From the IMG/VR virus record IMGVR_UViG_3300032330_001040, positions 1 through 64,000 of that record: a stretch of DNA of 64,000 bases; one strand, written 5' to 3'. A program made the translations under genes and the position numbers. Positions 41,366 through 51,321 of the stretch are shown in pieces; positions within the stretch are counted from its first letter, which is position 1, and each line of letters starts with the position of its first letter. The notes below the pieces were generated by a model that was given only the letters and a program-made list of their open reading frames with translations, was not told the DNA's origin and ran no database searches. The DNA comes from a virus (Duplodnaviria > Caudoviricetes).

Positions 41366-42354
41366 TGGCAAATGTAACATACAATCGTGTTATTCGTAAA
41401 CTTGTAGTAGGTTTTGGTAATCTATTTGATGAGATTACTTTGGTTCGATACAATTCAAATAACACAGAAGCAGAAAGATTTATTGTTCCTATTGCCTATT
41501 CAGCAAAAGAATTATATGTTCAAAGACTATCATTTGATCCTGATTTAGATAAAAAAGCAGGATTGACTTTACCAAGAATGTCTTTTGAAATGACAGGTAT
41601 GCAGTATGATGTATCGAGAAAACAAAATACAAACATAAAGAATTACACAAATACAAATTCTGGTGTAGTGTCTCAATATAATCCGGTACCTTATGATTTT
41701 GATTTTTCTTTATATTTGTATGTAAGAAATACAGAAGATGGTACTCAATTATTGGAACATATTATTCCTTTTTTTACCCCCGATTACACAATTAAATTAA
41801 ATTTAATACCAGATTTAGGTGTTGTGAAAGAAGTACCTGTTATTTTAAATAATGTAACTTCTGAAGTTAATTATGAAGGTGATAGAAATTCTCCAACTAG
41901 AATGATTATATGGACTTTAAACTTTACAGTTAAAGGATTTATATTTGGTTCTTATACTACACCAAAATTAATTCGTACATCTATTACAAATATATTAAAT
42001 GATATAAAAGATACCGATATAGTAAGATTTAGAATGACAGCAAATACTGGAGTTGGTAGTTATCAGGCAGGTGAAATTGTTTATCAAGGATATACTCCAC
42101 AAATTTCAACCGCTACAGCTAAAGTTGTTAGTTGGAATTCTAGTAATAATGTTTTGCATTTAACAAATATTAATGGTAATTTTGTTTCATCTCAATCAAT
42201 TATTGGTGTAAACACAAATGCAAATTATACATTTAATTCTTATCAAGTACCAACAGCTAATTTGGCCACTATTAGAATTACTCCAAATCCAATAACTGCT
42301 AATGCTAATTCTGATTATACATATACCACCACAATAACAGAAACAAAAATTTAA
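41365..42354 (+). CDS. gp15: Tail sheath stabiliser/terminator gp15 with C-terminal extension
   Basis: IRKLVVGFGNLF, VPIAY, TLPRMSFE, PVPYDF, EHIIPFFTP. Confidence 0.95.
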   Translation: MANVTYNRVIRKLVVGFGNLFDEITLVRYNSNNTEAERFIVPIAYSAKELYVQRLSFDPDLDKKAGLTLPRMSFEMTGMQYDVSRKQNTNIKNYTNTNSGVVSQYNPVPYDFDFSLYLYVRNTEDGTQLLEHIIPFFTPDYTIKLNLIPDLGVVKEVPVILNNVTSEVNYEGDRNSPTRMIIWTLNFTVKGFIFGSYTTPKLIRTSITNILNDIKDTDIVRFRMTANTGVGSYQAGEIVYQGYTPQISTATAKVVSWNSSNNVLHLTNINGNFVSSQSIIGVNTNANYTFNSYQVPTANLATIRITPNPITANANSDYTYTTTITETKI

Positions 42355-42357
42355 ACT

Positions 42358-42771
42358 ATGAACAATCTTGACAAAAATCTAAGCAAAGTCTTTGATGTAA
42401 CTCCTATTGGTGAACCAGAACCAAAAAAAACTACAATATCTACACATTATAAACAACCTGATATTGAATCTGATTTAACAGATGCTTATCAACAATCAAA
42501 AGAAAATCTTCAAGGTATCATTGACCAAGGTCAAGAAGCCATGTATGAAATATTGGAAATTGCCAAAGCAGGTCAACATCCAAGAGCCTTTGAAGTATAT
42601 GCCACTTTATTAAAGAACATGACTGAAGCCAATGATAGACTTCTAAAGATTCAAAAAGAAATGCGGGAAATCTCTGGTGTTAAAAAAGAAACTAATACCA
42701 CCAATATAGACAAAGCCATTTTTGTGGGTTCTACATCTGAATTAAGTAAGTTACTAAAAAGTAAAGACTAA
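42358..42771 (+). CDS. gp16: Terminase small subunit gp16
   Basis: HPRAFEVYA..., AIFVGSTSEL. Confidence 0.95.
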   Translation: MNNLDKNLSKVFDVTPIGEPEPKKTTISTHYKQPDIESDLTDAYQQSKENLQGIIDQGQEAMYEILEIAKAGQHPRAFEVYATLLKNMTEANDRLLKIQKEMREISGVKKETNTTNIDKAIFVGSTSELSKLLKSKD

Positions 42772-44450
42772 TGGCAACACAAAAGAAAGAGTCGTATCGT
42801 GATAATCCTCTACTAAAAAGAGTAGGTATAGATGTTAGTTTTACCGAAGAACAAGTAGAAGAATATATTAAATGTCGAAAAGACCCATTATATTTTGCCA
42901 AATACATTAAAATTATCACACTTGATGAAGGTGTGACTGAGTTTAAAATGTATGACTTTCAAGAAGAAATGATACGAACATTTCACAATAACCGTTTTAC
43001 CATCATGAAATGTCCTCGTCAGGTTGGTAAAACTACTACAACAGTCGCATATCTTCTTTGGACAATTCTATTCCAAGATTCTCAATCTGTAGCAGTTCTT
43101 GCTAACCGAGGTGAAACCGCTCGTGGTATTTTAAGTAAGTTACAATTAGCTTATGAAAATTTACCTATGTGGTTACAACAAGGCGTTGTTGAATGGAACA
43201 AAGGCCGGGTAGAATTAGAAAACGGTTCTGTTATCGTAGCATCTTCAACATCAAGTTCAGCGGCTCGTTCTGGTTCGTTTAACATTGTGTTCTTAGATGA
43301 GTTTGCTTTCGTACCATCTAATATTGCTACAGAATTCTTTACCTCAGTTTATCCTGTTATTACTGCTGGTACAAAAACAAAGATTATTATTGTTTCTACA
43401 CCTAACGGCATGAATTTGTTTTATAAAATTTGGACTGATGCAGTTAATAAAAACAATAATTATATTCCATTTGAAGTTCATTGGTCAATGGTACCAGGTA
43501 GAGATGAAGCTTGGAAAGAAGAAACTATTAAGAATACTTCCGAAAGACAATTCAGACAAGAGTTTGAAACTGAATTCTTAGGTTCTTCTAATACACTTAT
43601 CTCTGGTCAAAAATTACAACAGTTGGCTTATAAACCACCAATTGCCAACCACGACAAGATGAATATCTATAAACATCCTGTAAAAGGTAATGATGAAACT
43701 ACCAAAGACCACTTATATGGTATTTGGGTTGATGTATCTGAAGGTAAAAATTTAGACTGTTCTACTTTTTCTGTAATAGATATATCAACCACACCATATG
43801 AGCAAGTAGCCACATATAGAAGTTCTTCAATTTCTCCTATACTTTTTCCAACAGTCATCTATAATGCTGCTAAGTATTATAATGATGCTTATGTTTTAGT
43901 AGAGATAAATAACACACCACAAGTTGCTGATATTTTACACCAAGACCTTGAGTATGAAAATTTATTTAAAGTATTTACAGGTAATAAACAACCACAACAG
44001 TTGTCAGCTGGGTTTGCTAGAGGTGTACAACTAGGTTTGAAAATGTCAGTTCAAGTTAAAAGAATGGGTTGTTCTAATCTTAAGACTTTAATTGAAGGCA
44101 ATAAATTACTTATTAATGATTTTGATACAATATCAGAGTTAACTACTTTTGTTGCTAATAAAACATCATTTTCAGCAGAAGCAGAAGCAAATGATGATAT
44201 GGTTATGGGTTTAGTGATGTTTGCGTGGGCAACCACACAAAAATATTTTAAAGAAATAGTAAATCATGATATAAGAAAACAGATTCAGTTGGAAGATATG
44301 AATCAACTGGACCAAGAAATATTGCCAGCACCAATTATTGAAGATGGACTGGAACATAAATTTGAAGTTTTCGATGGTGATGTATGGGAAGCCGCTGATG
44401 GTGGCGAAATTTATTCAAGTTTTATCAGAGATTCTATTAGGAATCTATAA
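42771..44450 (+). CDS. gp17: Terminase large subunit gp17
   Basis: PRQVGKTT Walker A, FLDEFAF Walker B, STPNG, DDMVM. Confidence 0.97.
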   Translation: MATQKKESYRDNPLLKRVGIDVSFTEEQVEEYIKCRKDPLYFAKYIKIITLDEGVTEFKMYDFQEEMIRTFHNNRFTIMKCPRQVGKTTTTVAYLLWTILFQDSQSVAVLANRGETARGILSKLQLAYENLPMWLQQGVVEWNKGRVELENGSVIVASSTSSSAARSGSFNIVFLDEFAFVPSNIATEFFTSVYPVITAGTKTKIIIVSTPNGMNLFYKIWTDAVNKNNNYIPFEVHWSMVPGRDEAWKEETIKNTSERQFRQEFETEFLGSSNTLISGQKLQQLAYKPPIANHDKMNIYKHPVKGNDETTKDHLYGIWVDVSEGKNLDCSTFSVIDISTTPYEQVATYRSSSISPILFPTVIYNAAKYYNDAYVLVEINNTPQVADILHQDLEYENLFKVFTGNKQPQQLSAGFARGVQLGLKMSVQVKRMGCSNLKTLIEGNKLLINDFDTISELTTFVANKTSFSAEAEANDDMVMGLVMFAWATTQKYFKEIVNHDIRKQIQLEDMNQLDQEILPAPIIEDGLEHKFEVFDGDVWEAADGGEIYSSFIRDSIRNL

Positions 44451-44461
44451 AGATAGCGTTT

Positions 44462-44469
44462 GATAAATA
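44462..44469 (+). promoter_or_regulatory. Late promoter GATAAATA (gp18)
   Basis: Intergenic, upstream of AAGGAG. Confidence 0.75.
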
Positions 44470-44520
44470 TAGTAATGGTATTATAACTGCCAATAACATA
44501 ATAATTTAAGGAGAACACAA

Positions 44521-46290
44521 ATGGCATTTCAAATCTCTCCAGGTGTAGCCACTTCCGAAGTCGATTTAACGACAGTAGTTCCTTCGGTACAAACTACAGC
44601 CGGTGCATTCGTAGGGTCTTTTACATGGGGACCTGCGGAAAAAGTAATTCAAATTACTAATGAAACAGAATTACTTAGTAAATTTGGTAAACCTGTAACA
44701 ACCGCAGGAACCACAATAGCTGCTAATGTAATTACAAGTTTTCACACTGCTGCTTCTTTTTTAGCTTATGGAAATAATCTTAAAGTTGTTAGACAAATTA
44801 GTTCTTTATCTAATAATGCTACAGCAAATTCTTCTAGTCCTGGTGTACAAGTAAAAAATGAAGATATTTTTGAATATTCTTATTTAAATACAACAAATAA
44901 TAATAACGCATATGGTGCTTTTATAGCAAGATACCCAGGAACTTTAGGTAATTCATTAACTGTATCTGCTTGTGATGCTGGTGGTGCTTTTTCAACATGG
45001 AATGTTAATGGTGTTGGTGTTTCTACTTATTTCCCTGGCGCTCCAGGAACTTCTGCTCAAGCTACAGCCGCTGGAGCATCAAATGATGAAATACATATTG
45101 TTGTTGTAGATAGTGGTGGAGAATTTACAGGTACAAAAAATACAGTATTAGAAGTATATCCGTATTTGTCAAAAGCTCGTGATTCAGTAGATTCTTTAGG
45201 AAATTCAAATCATTATATTGATTATCTTTATAAAAATTCAAAATATGTTTATGCAATTGATCCTCCTTTAAGAAATACCCCAGGTTCAGCAGGAACTACT
45301 CCAGCAAATACATGGATATATCCTTTAGCAAATACAACTAATACAGCTTATGCTACAATGAATACGACACCAACATTAACATTAGGTGGCGGTACTTCTG
45401 TTGTATCTACAGATGCAGAAAAAATTACTGCTTGGAATTATTTTTCAAATCCAGATTCAGTTGATATTTCTTTAGCAATAACTGGAAGTTCTAATATTAC
45501 AATTCAACAACACGTTATTGATAATATTGCAACCTCTAGAAAAGATTGTGTAGCTTTCATTTCACCTCCTTCAGTAAACGTTATTAATCAAACAGGTAGT
45601 GAAACAACTAATATTCAAAATTGGATAGCAGCATTAAGTCGCTCTTCATCTTATGTTTTTGCTGATTCTGGTTGGAAATATATGTTTGACAAGTACACTA
45701 ACGCTTATCAATGGATTCCATTAAACGGAGACATTGCTGGTTTATGTGTTTATACTGATGCTGTTCGGGATCCTTGGTATTCACCTGCTGGTTATAACCG
45801 TGGTAACTTAAAGAATGTTGTTAAGTTAGCATGGAATCCAAATAAAACACAACGTGATAGTTTATACTCTATTGGTGTTAATCCAGTTGGTACATTCCCT
45901 GGTCAAGGTACTGTATTGTTTGGAGATAAAACATTACAATCCAAACCATCTGCATTCGATAGAATCAATGTTCGTAGATTGTTTATTGTGTTAGAAAAAT
46001 CAATTGCTCAAGCAGCTAAGTTTTCTTTGTTTGAATTTAATGATGTTTCTACACAAAATCAATTTGTTAATTTGATAACTCCATTTTTAGCAGACATTAA
46101 AGCACGCCGTGGTATCTATGACTTCCGTGTTGTTTGTGATTCTACAAATAATACTCCGGCAGTTATTGATGCTAATCAATTTGTTGGTGATATTTACGTT
46201 AAACCTTCTCGTTCAGTTAACTATATTCAATTGAATTTTGTTGCTGTAAGAACTGGTGTCGATTTCACAACAATCGTTGGACAAGCTTAA
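44521..46290 (+). CDS. gp18: Tail sheath protein gp18
   Basis: FQISPGV..EVDLT, PWYSPAGYNRG, GDKT..SAFDRINVRRLF. Confidence 0.97.
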   Translation: MAFQISPGVATSEVDLTTVVPSVQTTAGAFVGSFTWGPAEKVIQITNETELLSKFGKPVTTAGTTIAANVITSFHTAASFLAYGNNLKVVRQISSLSNNATANSSSPGVQVKNEDIFEYSYLNTTNNNNAYGAFIARYPGTLGNSLTVSACDAGGAFSTWNVNGVGVSTYFPGAPGTSAQATAAGASNDEIHIVVVDSGGEFTGTKNTVLEVYPYLSKARDSVDSLGNSNHYIDYLYKNSKYVYAIDPPLRNTPGSAGTTPANTWIYPLANTTNTAYATMNTTPTLTLGGGTSVVSTDAEKITAWNYFSNPDSVDISLAITGSSNITIQQHVIDNIATSRKDCVAFISPPSVNVINQTGSETTNIQNWIAALSRSSSYVFADSGWKYMFDKYTNAYQWIPLNGDIAGLCVYTDAVRDPWYSPAGYNRGNLKNVVKLAWNPNKTQRDSLYSIGVNPVGTFPGQGTVLFGDKTLQSKPSAFDRINVRRLFIVLEKSIAQAAKFSLFEFNDVSTQNQFVNLITPFLADIKARRGIYDFRVVCDSTNNTPAVIDANQFVGDIYVKPSRSVNYIQLNFVAVRTGVDFTTIVGQA

Positions 46291-46296
46291 TAAATA
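46289..46296 (+). promoter_or_regulatory. Late promoter AATAAATA (gp19)
   Basis: Overlaps the gp18 stop, upstream of AGGAG. Confidence 0.7.
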
Positions 46297-46319
46297 ATAC
46301 AACGATATAGGAGAAAAAA

Positions 46320-46868
46320 ATGGCATTTAACGTATCACAATTTAGGTCAGAACTTCAGTTTGACGGAGCTCGGCCAAATCTTTTCGAAGTGAATTTAACA
46401 TTCCCAACAGCAGTACCTGGTGCTGGTGATGCCACTCGTAAAGCTTTGTTCCAAGCAAAATCTGCTCAGTTACCTGGTTCAACTATTGGTACTGTTCCAT
46501 TATATTATTTTGGTCGTGAAATGAAATTTGCTGGTAACAGAACTTTCACAGATTGGACAGTAACAATTATCAATGATGAAGATTTTACAATCCGTAATTC
46601 TTTAGAAAAATGGATGAATCTAATCAATGGTCACTCAGGTAATGTAAGAAATGCAGCCTTTAATACACCATTAGGTTATACCGTTAACGCAAACGTAGTA
46701 CAATATGGTAAAGATAGTTCTGTATTAAAGAGATGTACTTTTGTTGGAATGTTTCCAGTTGATGTAGCGCCAATTGATTTAGATTGGGGTTCAAATGATT
46801 CTATTGAAGAATATTCAGTAACATTTGCTTATCAATACTGGACTTCAGATTCAACAGATAACGTTTAA
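46320..46868 (+). CDS. gp19: Tail tube protein gp19
   Basis: GARPNLFEV, KFAGNRTFTDWTVTIINDEDF. Confidence 0.97.
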   Translation: MAFNVSQFRSELQFDGARPNLFEVNLTFPTAVPGAGDATRKALFQAKSAQLPGSTIGTVPLYYFGREMKFAGNRTFTDWTVTIINDEDFTIRNSLEKWMNLINGHSGNVRNAAFNTPLGYTVNANVVQYGKDSSVLKRCTFVGMFPVDVAPIDLDWGSNDSIEEYSVTFAYQYWTSDSTDNV

Positions 46869-46883
46869 TTTTTATTATTTTAT

Positions 46884-46908
46884 AGAGAGGACTCAGGTCC
46901 TCTCTTTT
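46884..46908 (+). terminator. Intrinsic terminator after gp19
   Basis: AGAGAGGAC-TCAG-GTCCTCTCT followed by T-rich sequence. Confidence 0.85.
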
Positions 46909-46936
46909 ATGTTTTTTTGAATTGAAATAGGACAAT

Positions 46937-48565
46937 ATGGCCGCTAATAAATTTTCACTTTTTGGTTTTACAATTTCACGGAAAGACGATGACGTCCAAG
47001 CCGTGCAACAATCCTTTACGCCTCCAGTTAATGATGATGGTGCTCTTACCATTACTTCTGCCGCTTACTATGGCACTTACGTTGACTTAGACGGCTCCGC
47101 TAAAAATGAAATAGAACTCATTGGTCGATATCGTGAAATGGCAATGCAGCCAGAAATTGAATCTGCTATTGATGACATTATCAATGAAGCTATTTGCCAA
47201 GATGATGATGGTAGAAATATTCGTATGATTTTGGACGAATTAAAGCAACCAGATAAAATTAAAAAATCATTACAAACAGAATTTAGTACCGTGCTTAGAT
47301 TGTTAAACTATAATCAAATGGCACAAGACATTTTTCGTAGATACTATGTTGATGGTAGATTATATTACCACATGATTATTGATAGAGAAGCGCCTACAGA
47401 AGGTATTAAAGAATTAAGATATATTGACCCACGAAAAATTCGTAAAGTTAGAGAAGTTAAAAAATCAAAAGACGAAAGGACTGGCGTAGAAGTTGCCAAT
47501 GTAATCAATGAATACTACATTTTTAACGATAAAGTTATTTCTGGTTCTTCTAGTAATTTTGGGCCTGTGGGTGTTAGAATTACCACCGACTCAATTATTT
47601 CTGTTGTTAGTGGTCTTATGGACTCTCGTAGGGCTGTGGTATTGTCATACCTACACAAAGCGATAAAACCACTTAACCAATTAAGGATGATTGAAGATGC
47701 TACTGTCATATATCGAATTTCTAGGGCTCCTGAGCGTAGGATTTTTTATATTGATGTGGGTAATTTACCGAAATTAAAGGCAGAACAATACCTTCGTGAC
47801 ATCATGGTTAAGTATAAAAATAAATTAGTCTATGATGCTGTTACAGGTGAAGTAAGAGATGACCGTAAATTCTTATCAATGATGGAAGATTTTTGGTTAC
47901 CTCGTAGAGAAGGTGGTAAAGGTACCGAAATCTCAACATTACCTGGCGGCCAAAACTTAGGTGAGTTGGAAGATGTTAAATATTTTGAAAAGAAATTATA
48001 TAAAGCACTTAGTGTTCCAGTCTCACGTTTAAATCCAGAATCTTCTGGTTTTTCATTAGGTCGTACCAATGAAATTACCCGTGACGAATTAAAGTTTGCT
48101 AAATTTGTTGACAGACTTCGTAATAAATTTTCTAATTTATTTGACCAAGCAATGCGTGTACAAGTAGTATTAAAAGGTATTTGTACAGCAGAAGAATGGG
48201 ACATGATGAAAGAAAATATTTATTATGATTTCATTAAAGATAACAACTTTACAGAATTAAAAGATGCTGAGTTAATGACTAATCGTTTAGGTTTGTTACA
48301 GACTATTGACCCATATACAGGTAGATACTTTTCTCAATTATGGATTCAAAGAAATGTTTTACGTTTATCTGATGATGAGATTGAAGAAATGGATAAAGAA
48401 ATTGAAATGGAAAAAGAACAAGGACTTGGACTACCAGTTGGTGTAATGAATGATGTATCACAACAACAAATGATGTCTCAAGTGCCGGCACAACCTCAGA
48501 ATCCAGAGGACCAAAAACATGAAATTGCAATGGCAACAAAACAACAATCCAAAAGTGATAAATAA
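46937..48565 (+). CDS. gp20: Portal protein gp20
   Basis: YRISRAPERRIFYIDVGNLPK.KAEQY, EDFWLPRREGGKGTEI. Confidence 0.98.
   Translation: MAANKFSLFGFTISRKDDDVQAVQQSFTPPVNDDGALTITSAAYYGTYVDLDGSAKNEIELIGRYREMAMQPEIESAIDDIINEAICQDDDGRNIRMILDELKQPDKIKKSLQTEFSTVLRLLNYNQMAQDIFRRYYVDGRLYYHMIIDREAPTEGIKELRYIDPRKIRKVREVKKSKDERTGVEVANVINEYYIFNDKVISGSSSNFGPVGVRITTDSIISVVSGLMDSRRAVVLSYLHKAIKPLNQLRMIEDATVIYRISRAPERRIFYIDVGNLPKLKAEQYLRDIMVKYKNKLVYDAVTGEVRDDRKFLSMMEDFWLPRREGGKGTEISTLPGGQNLGELEDVKYFEKKLYKALSVPVSRLNPESSGFSLGRTNEITRDELKFAKFVDRLRNKFSNLFDQAMRVQVVLKGICTAEEWDMMKENIYYDFIKDNNFTELKDAELMTNRLGLLQTIDPYTGRYFSQLWIQRNVLRLSDDEIEEMDKEIEMEKEQGLGLPVGVMNDVSQQQMMSQVPAQPQNPEDQKHEIAMATKQQSKSDK
48557..48564 (+). 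promoter_or_regulatory. Late promoter GATAAATA (gp67-like)
   Basis: At the gp20 end, upstream of AGGAG. Confidence 0.65.
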
Positions 48566-48583
48566 ATTAATTAGGAGAATAAA

Positions 48584-48763
48584 ATGGAAAAAAGTATAAT
48601 CGACTACGCAATGGACCAAGATGGTGTTCAATTTAGAAATGCACTATATGCTTCTATTCAAGATAAAGTAACTGCACATATCGAAGCAGCTAAACAAAGT
48701 TTGGCAAAAAATTTAATTACGCCACAAGATTATGAAGAATCTGAAGAACAATCAGAAGAATAG
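48584..48763 (+). CDS. gp67: Prohead core protein gp67-like (59 aa; below ORF-track cutoff)
   Basis: MEKSIIDYAMDQDGVQFRNALYASIQDKV...EESEEQSEE; AGGAG SD; acidic tail; position right after gp20. Confidence 0.7.
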   Translation: MEKSIIDYAMDQDGVQFRNALYASIQDKVTAHIEAAKQSLAKNLITPQDYEESEEQSEE

Positions 48764-48770
48764 ATAAATA
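48763..48770 (+). promoter_or_regulatory. Late promoter GATAAATA
   Basis: At gene boundary, upstream of AGGA. Confidence 0.65.
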
Positions 48771-48787
48771 AATTAACAGGATAAAAA

Positions 48788-49321
48788 ATGGCAACGTCAA
48801 ATAGCACACAAATATTAGTTGATTCAAATAAACGAACCGTCATTAAACGGATTGGTATTTTTGATGCATCTGGAGGAAATGAAAACTTAACAGTTATTAT
48901 TGACCCACGAACTTTGTCTGGTGCTTTAAATGCAAATAATTTACCATATCAAGCTGGTAATACAGTTGCTCCTGGTTTTGCTAATTCTGCATTTACAATT
49001 TCCCGTGTTATCTATAATGTTGATGCAGAAGTTGGTCATTTACAATTAAAGTGGCAAGGTACATCTGCTGACGCTACCATCTTTGCTTTAGGTGTTGGTG
49101 CTGGTGATACAAACCCACAATATCAATTACCTGCAATCACAAACAACGCAAATGGTCCTACAGGTAATGTAACAATTACAACAGTTGGTACTACCGCCAA
49201 TGCTGCTTATACATTAATTATTGAGTTACATAAAGACAATAGATTCTTTGATGCTGGTTGGGGTCGTGACCCAGCTGCATTTAACTACGGAGATTATAGT
49301 ATAACTCCACATACTTCATAG
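48788..49321 (+). CDS. Hypothetical head-module protein (beta-rich) at the gp68 position
   Basis: 177-aa ORF with SD between gp67 and gp21; does not resemble basic T4 gp68. Confidence 0.6.
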   Translation: MATSNSTQILVDSNKRTVIKRIGIFDASGGNENLTVIIDPRTLSGALNANNLPYQAGNTVAPGFANSAFTISRVIYNVDAEVGHLQLKWQGTSADATIFALGVGAGDTNPQYQLPAITNNANGPTGNVTITTVGTTANAAYTLIIELHKDNRFFDAGWGRDPAAFNYGDYSITPHTS

Positions 49322-49328
49322 GCCAATT

Positions 49329-49976
49329 ATGAAACTTATTAAAGAAATAAACGACAACGTAAATTATACCTACTTAGAAGAATCTAACGGTAAAAAATCT
49401 TTACATATTGAAGGACCTTTTTTGGTTGCTGAAACTAAAAATAAAAATGGTCGTTTGTATGAATACAATACTATGAAAAAAGAAGTATCTCGTTATACTA
49501 ATGAGTACATTAACAAAAGCCGAGCCTTTGGTGAATTAGGACATCCTGAATCACCTTCTATTAATCTTGACCGTGTATCACATATGATTGTAGGGTTAAG
49601 AGAAGATGGTAATATTTGGATAGGTAAAGCAAAGATATTAGATACGCCAATGGGTAATATAGCAAAAAGCCTTATTGAAGGTGGTGCTCAGTTAGGTGTA
49701 TCTTCAAGAGGCATGGGTTCATTGAAGAACGTCAATGGCGTTAACGTAGTTCAACCCGATTTTTATCTAGCCACAGCGGCAGATATTGTAGCAGACCCTT
49801 CAGCACCTGGTGCTTTTGTACAAGGTATCATGGAAGGTAAAGAATGGATGTTAGTCAATGGTGTTTGGACAGAACAATATATTGAAGAAGCTAAGAGAGA
49901 AATCAAACAAGCTTCAAGAAAAGATATTGAAGCAGTAAGTCTACGCATATTTGAGAACTTCATGAAAAAACTTTAA
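49329..49976 (+). CDS. gp21: Prohead protease gp21
   Basis: GELGHP, LGVSSRGMGS, DIVADPSAPGAFV. Confidence 0.97.
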   Translation: MKLIKEINDNVNYTYLEESNGKKSLHIEGPFLVAETKNKNGRLYEYNTMKKEVSRYTNEYINKSRAFGELGHPESPSINLDRVSHMIVGLREDGNIWIGKAKILDTPMGNIAKSLIEGGAQLGVSSRGMGSLKNVNGVNVVQPDFYLATAADIVADPSAPGAFVQGIMEGKEWMLVNGVWTEQYIEEAKREIKQASRKDIEAVSLRIFENFMKKL

Positions 49977-49977
49977 A

Positions 49978-49985
49978 TATAAATA
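49978..49985 (+). promoter_or_regulatory. Late promoter TATAAATA (gp22)
   Basis: Exact consensus upstream of AAGGAG. Confidence 0.85.
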
Positions 49986-50014
49986 TATCCAAATAAATCA
50001 AGGAGATTTTCAAA

Positions 50015-51280
50015 ATGGCAAATTTTAATTTATCTGACGCCGCTAAAAGTGTTTTATTAGGCGAAGATTCGAAATCAATTCAAGCATCTACCATTTACGG
50101 TAAAAGACCTGAAGGTGGTAAGTTACCTACATCAGTAGTTACTGGTCAACAAGACGCAGGTAAAATTGGTGATTCACCAACAAAAATGGGCGATGCAAAT
50201 CCAAACTATACTGCTGGCACACCATCTGCCACTCCTCCAGGCGCTACACCTCCTGTAGGTTCACAAAAAGATGGCGTTGGTGCTTCTAAACCAAAAGGTC
50301 AACCAGGCGATGAAGGTACGGCAACAACTCCTGTACAACAAGCTGCTACTGACTATGCCGCTATTCGTGACCGTATTGCTGGTAAACGTGCTGCACAAAC
50401 TATGACTGCTAATCCAGGCGCTACATTTCAATCTTACGGTGAAGAAGCTGAAGTTGAAGGTGATTTAGTTGAAGAAGAAAAAGAAGAAAAAGGTCATGAA
50501 GATGCAGCTCAAGATAAAAAATTAATCAAAAAAATGATTAGTAAGGAAAAAATGAAAGAAGATATGGACGCTTTACTTTCTGGTGAAAATCTTTCAGAAG
50601 AATTTGTAACTAAAGCCACTACAATTTTTGAAGCTGCTGTTATTGCTCGTGCTGAAGAAGTTATTGCTGAAGCCGAAGAGCAGTTAATGGAAGAATTTGA
50701 AATTGCCGTTGAGTCAATCAAAGAAGATTTGGCAGCTAAAGTAGATGACTACCTAAATTATATGGTAGAAGAATGGATGAAAGATAACGAACTTGCAATT
50801 CAATCTGGTCTCAAATCAGAGATTACAGAAGAATTCTTAACTGGTTTAAGAGATTTATTCATTGAACACAACATTGATATCCCTGAAGATAAGGTAGATA
50901 TTGTTGAAGAATTGGCAGCTCAATTAGAAGCTACTGAAGCCGTTCTAAATGAAGAAATTGCTCGTGGTGTTGAATTAACAAAAGCACTAAACGAACAGAA
51001 AAAAATTGAGGCTATCTACACAGCGTGTGAAGGCCTAACGCAAACTCAAGTAGAAAAAATGAAGTCGCTCGCAGAGGGCGTTGACTTTACTACTGAGGAA
51101 GAGTTTACAACCAAACTTGAAACTTTGAAAGAATCATATTTCAAAGCAGATGTGAAAGTTGCAACTACTGATGCTTTAGATGACGAAGTTTTGCTAGAAG
51201 AAGAAAAGAGGACAATTAAATCTTCAAATTCTGAAATCGATTATTATGCAAAAACTATTTCACAGACTTTGGTAAAATAA
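50015..51280 (+). CDS. gp22: Prohead scaffold gp22
   Basis: LSEEF..KATTIFEAAV, KVDDYLNYMVEEWM.DNELAI, KLETLKESYF. Confidence 0.95.
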   Translation: MANFNLSDAAKSVLLGEDSKSIQASTIYGKRPEGGKLPTSVVTGQQDAGKIGDSPTKMGDANPNYTAGTPSATPPGATPPVGSQKDGVGASKPKGQPGDEGTATTPVQQAATDYAAIRDRIAGKRAAQTMTANPGATFQSYGEEAEVEGDLVEEEKEEKGHEDAAQDKKLIKKMISKEKMKEDMDALLSGENLSEEFVTKATTIFEAAVIARAEEVIAEAEEQLMEEFEIAVESIKEDLAAKVDDYLNYMVEEWMKDNELAIQSGLKSEITEEFLTGLRDLFIEHNIDIPEDKVDIVEELAAQLEATEAVLNEEIARGVELTKALNEQKKIEAIYTACEGLTQTQVEKMKSLAEGVDFTTEEEFTTKLETLKESYFKADVKVATTDALDDEVLLEEEKRTIKSSNSEIDYYAKTISQTLVK

Positions 51281-51286
51281 TAAATA
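51279..51286 (+). promoter_or_regulatory. Late promoter AATAAATA (gp23)
   Basis: Upstream of the AAGGAG SD of the major capsid gene. Confidence 0.75.
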
Positions 51287-51321
51287 AAATACCAAAACAA
51301 GAAACTCACAAGGAGAATTAA

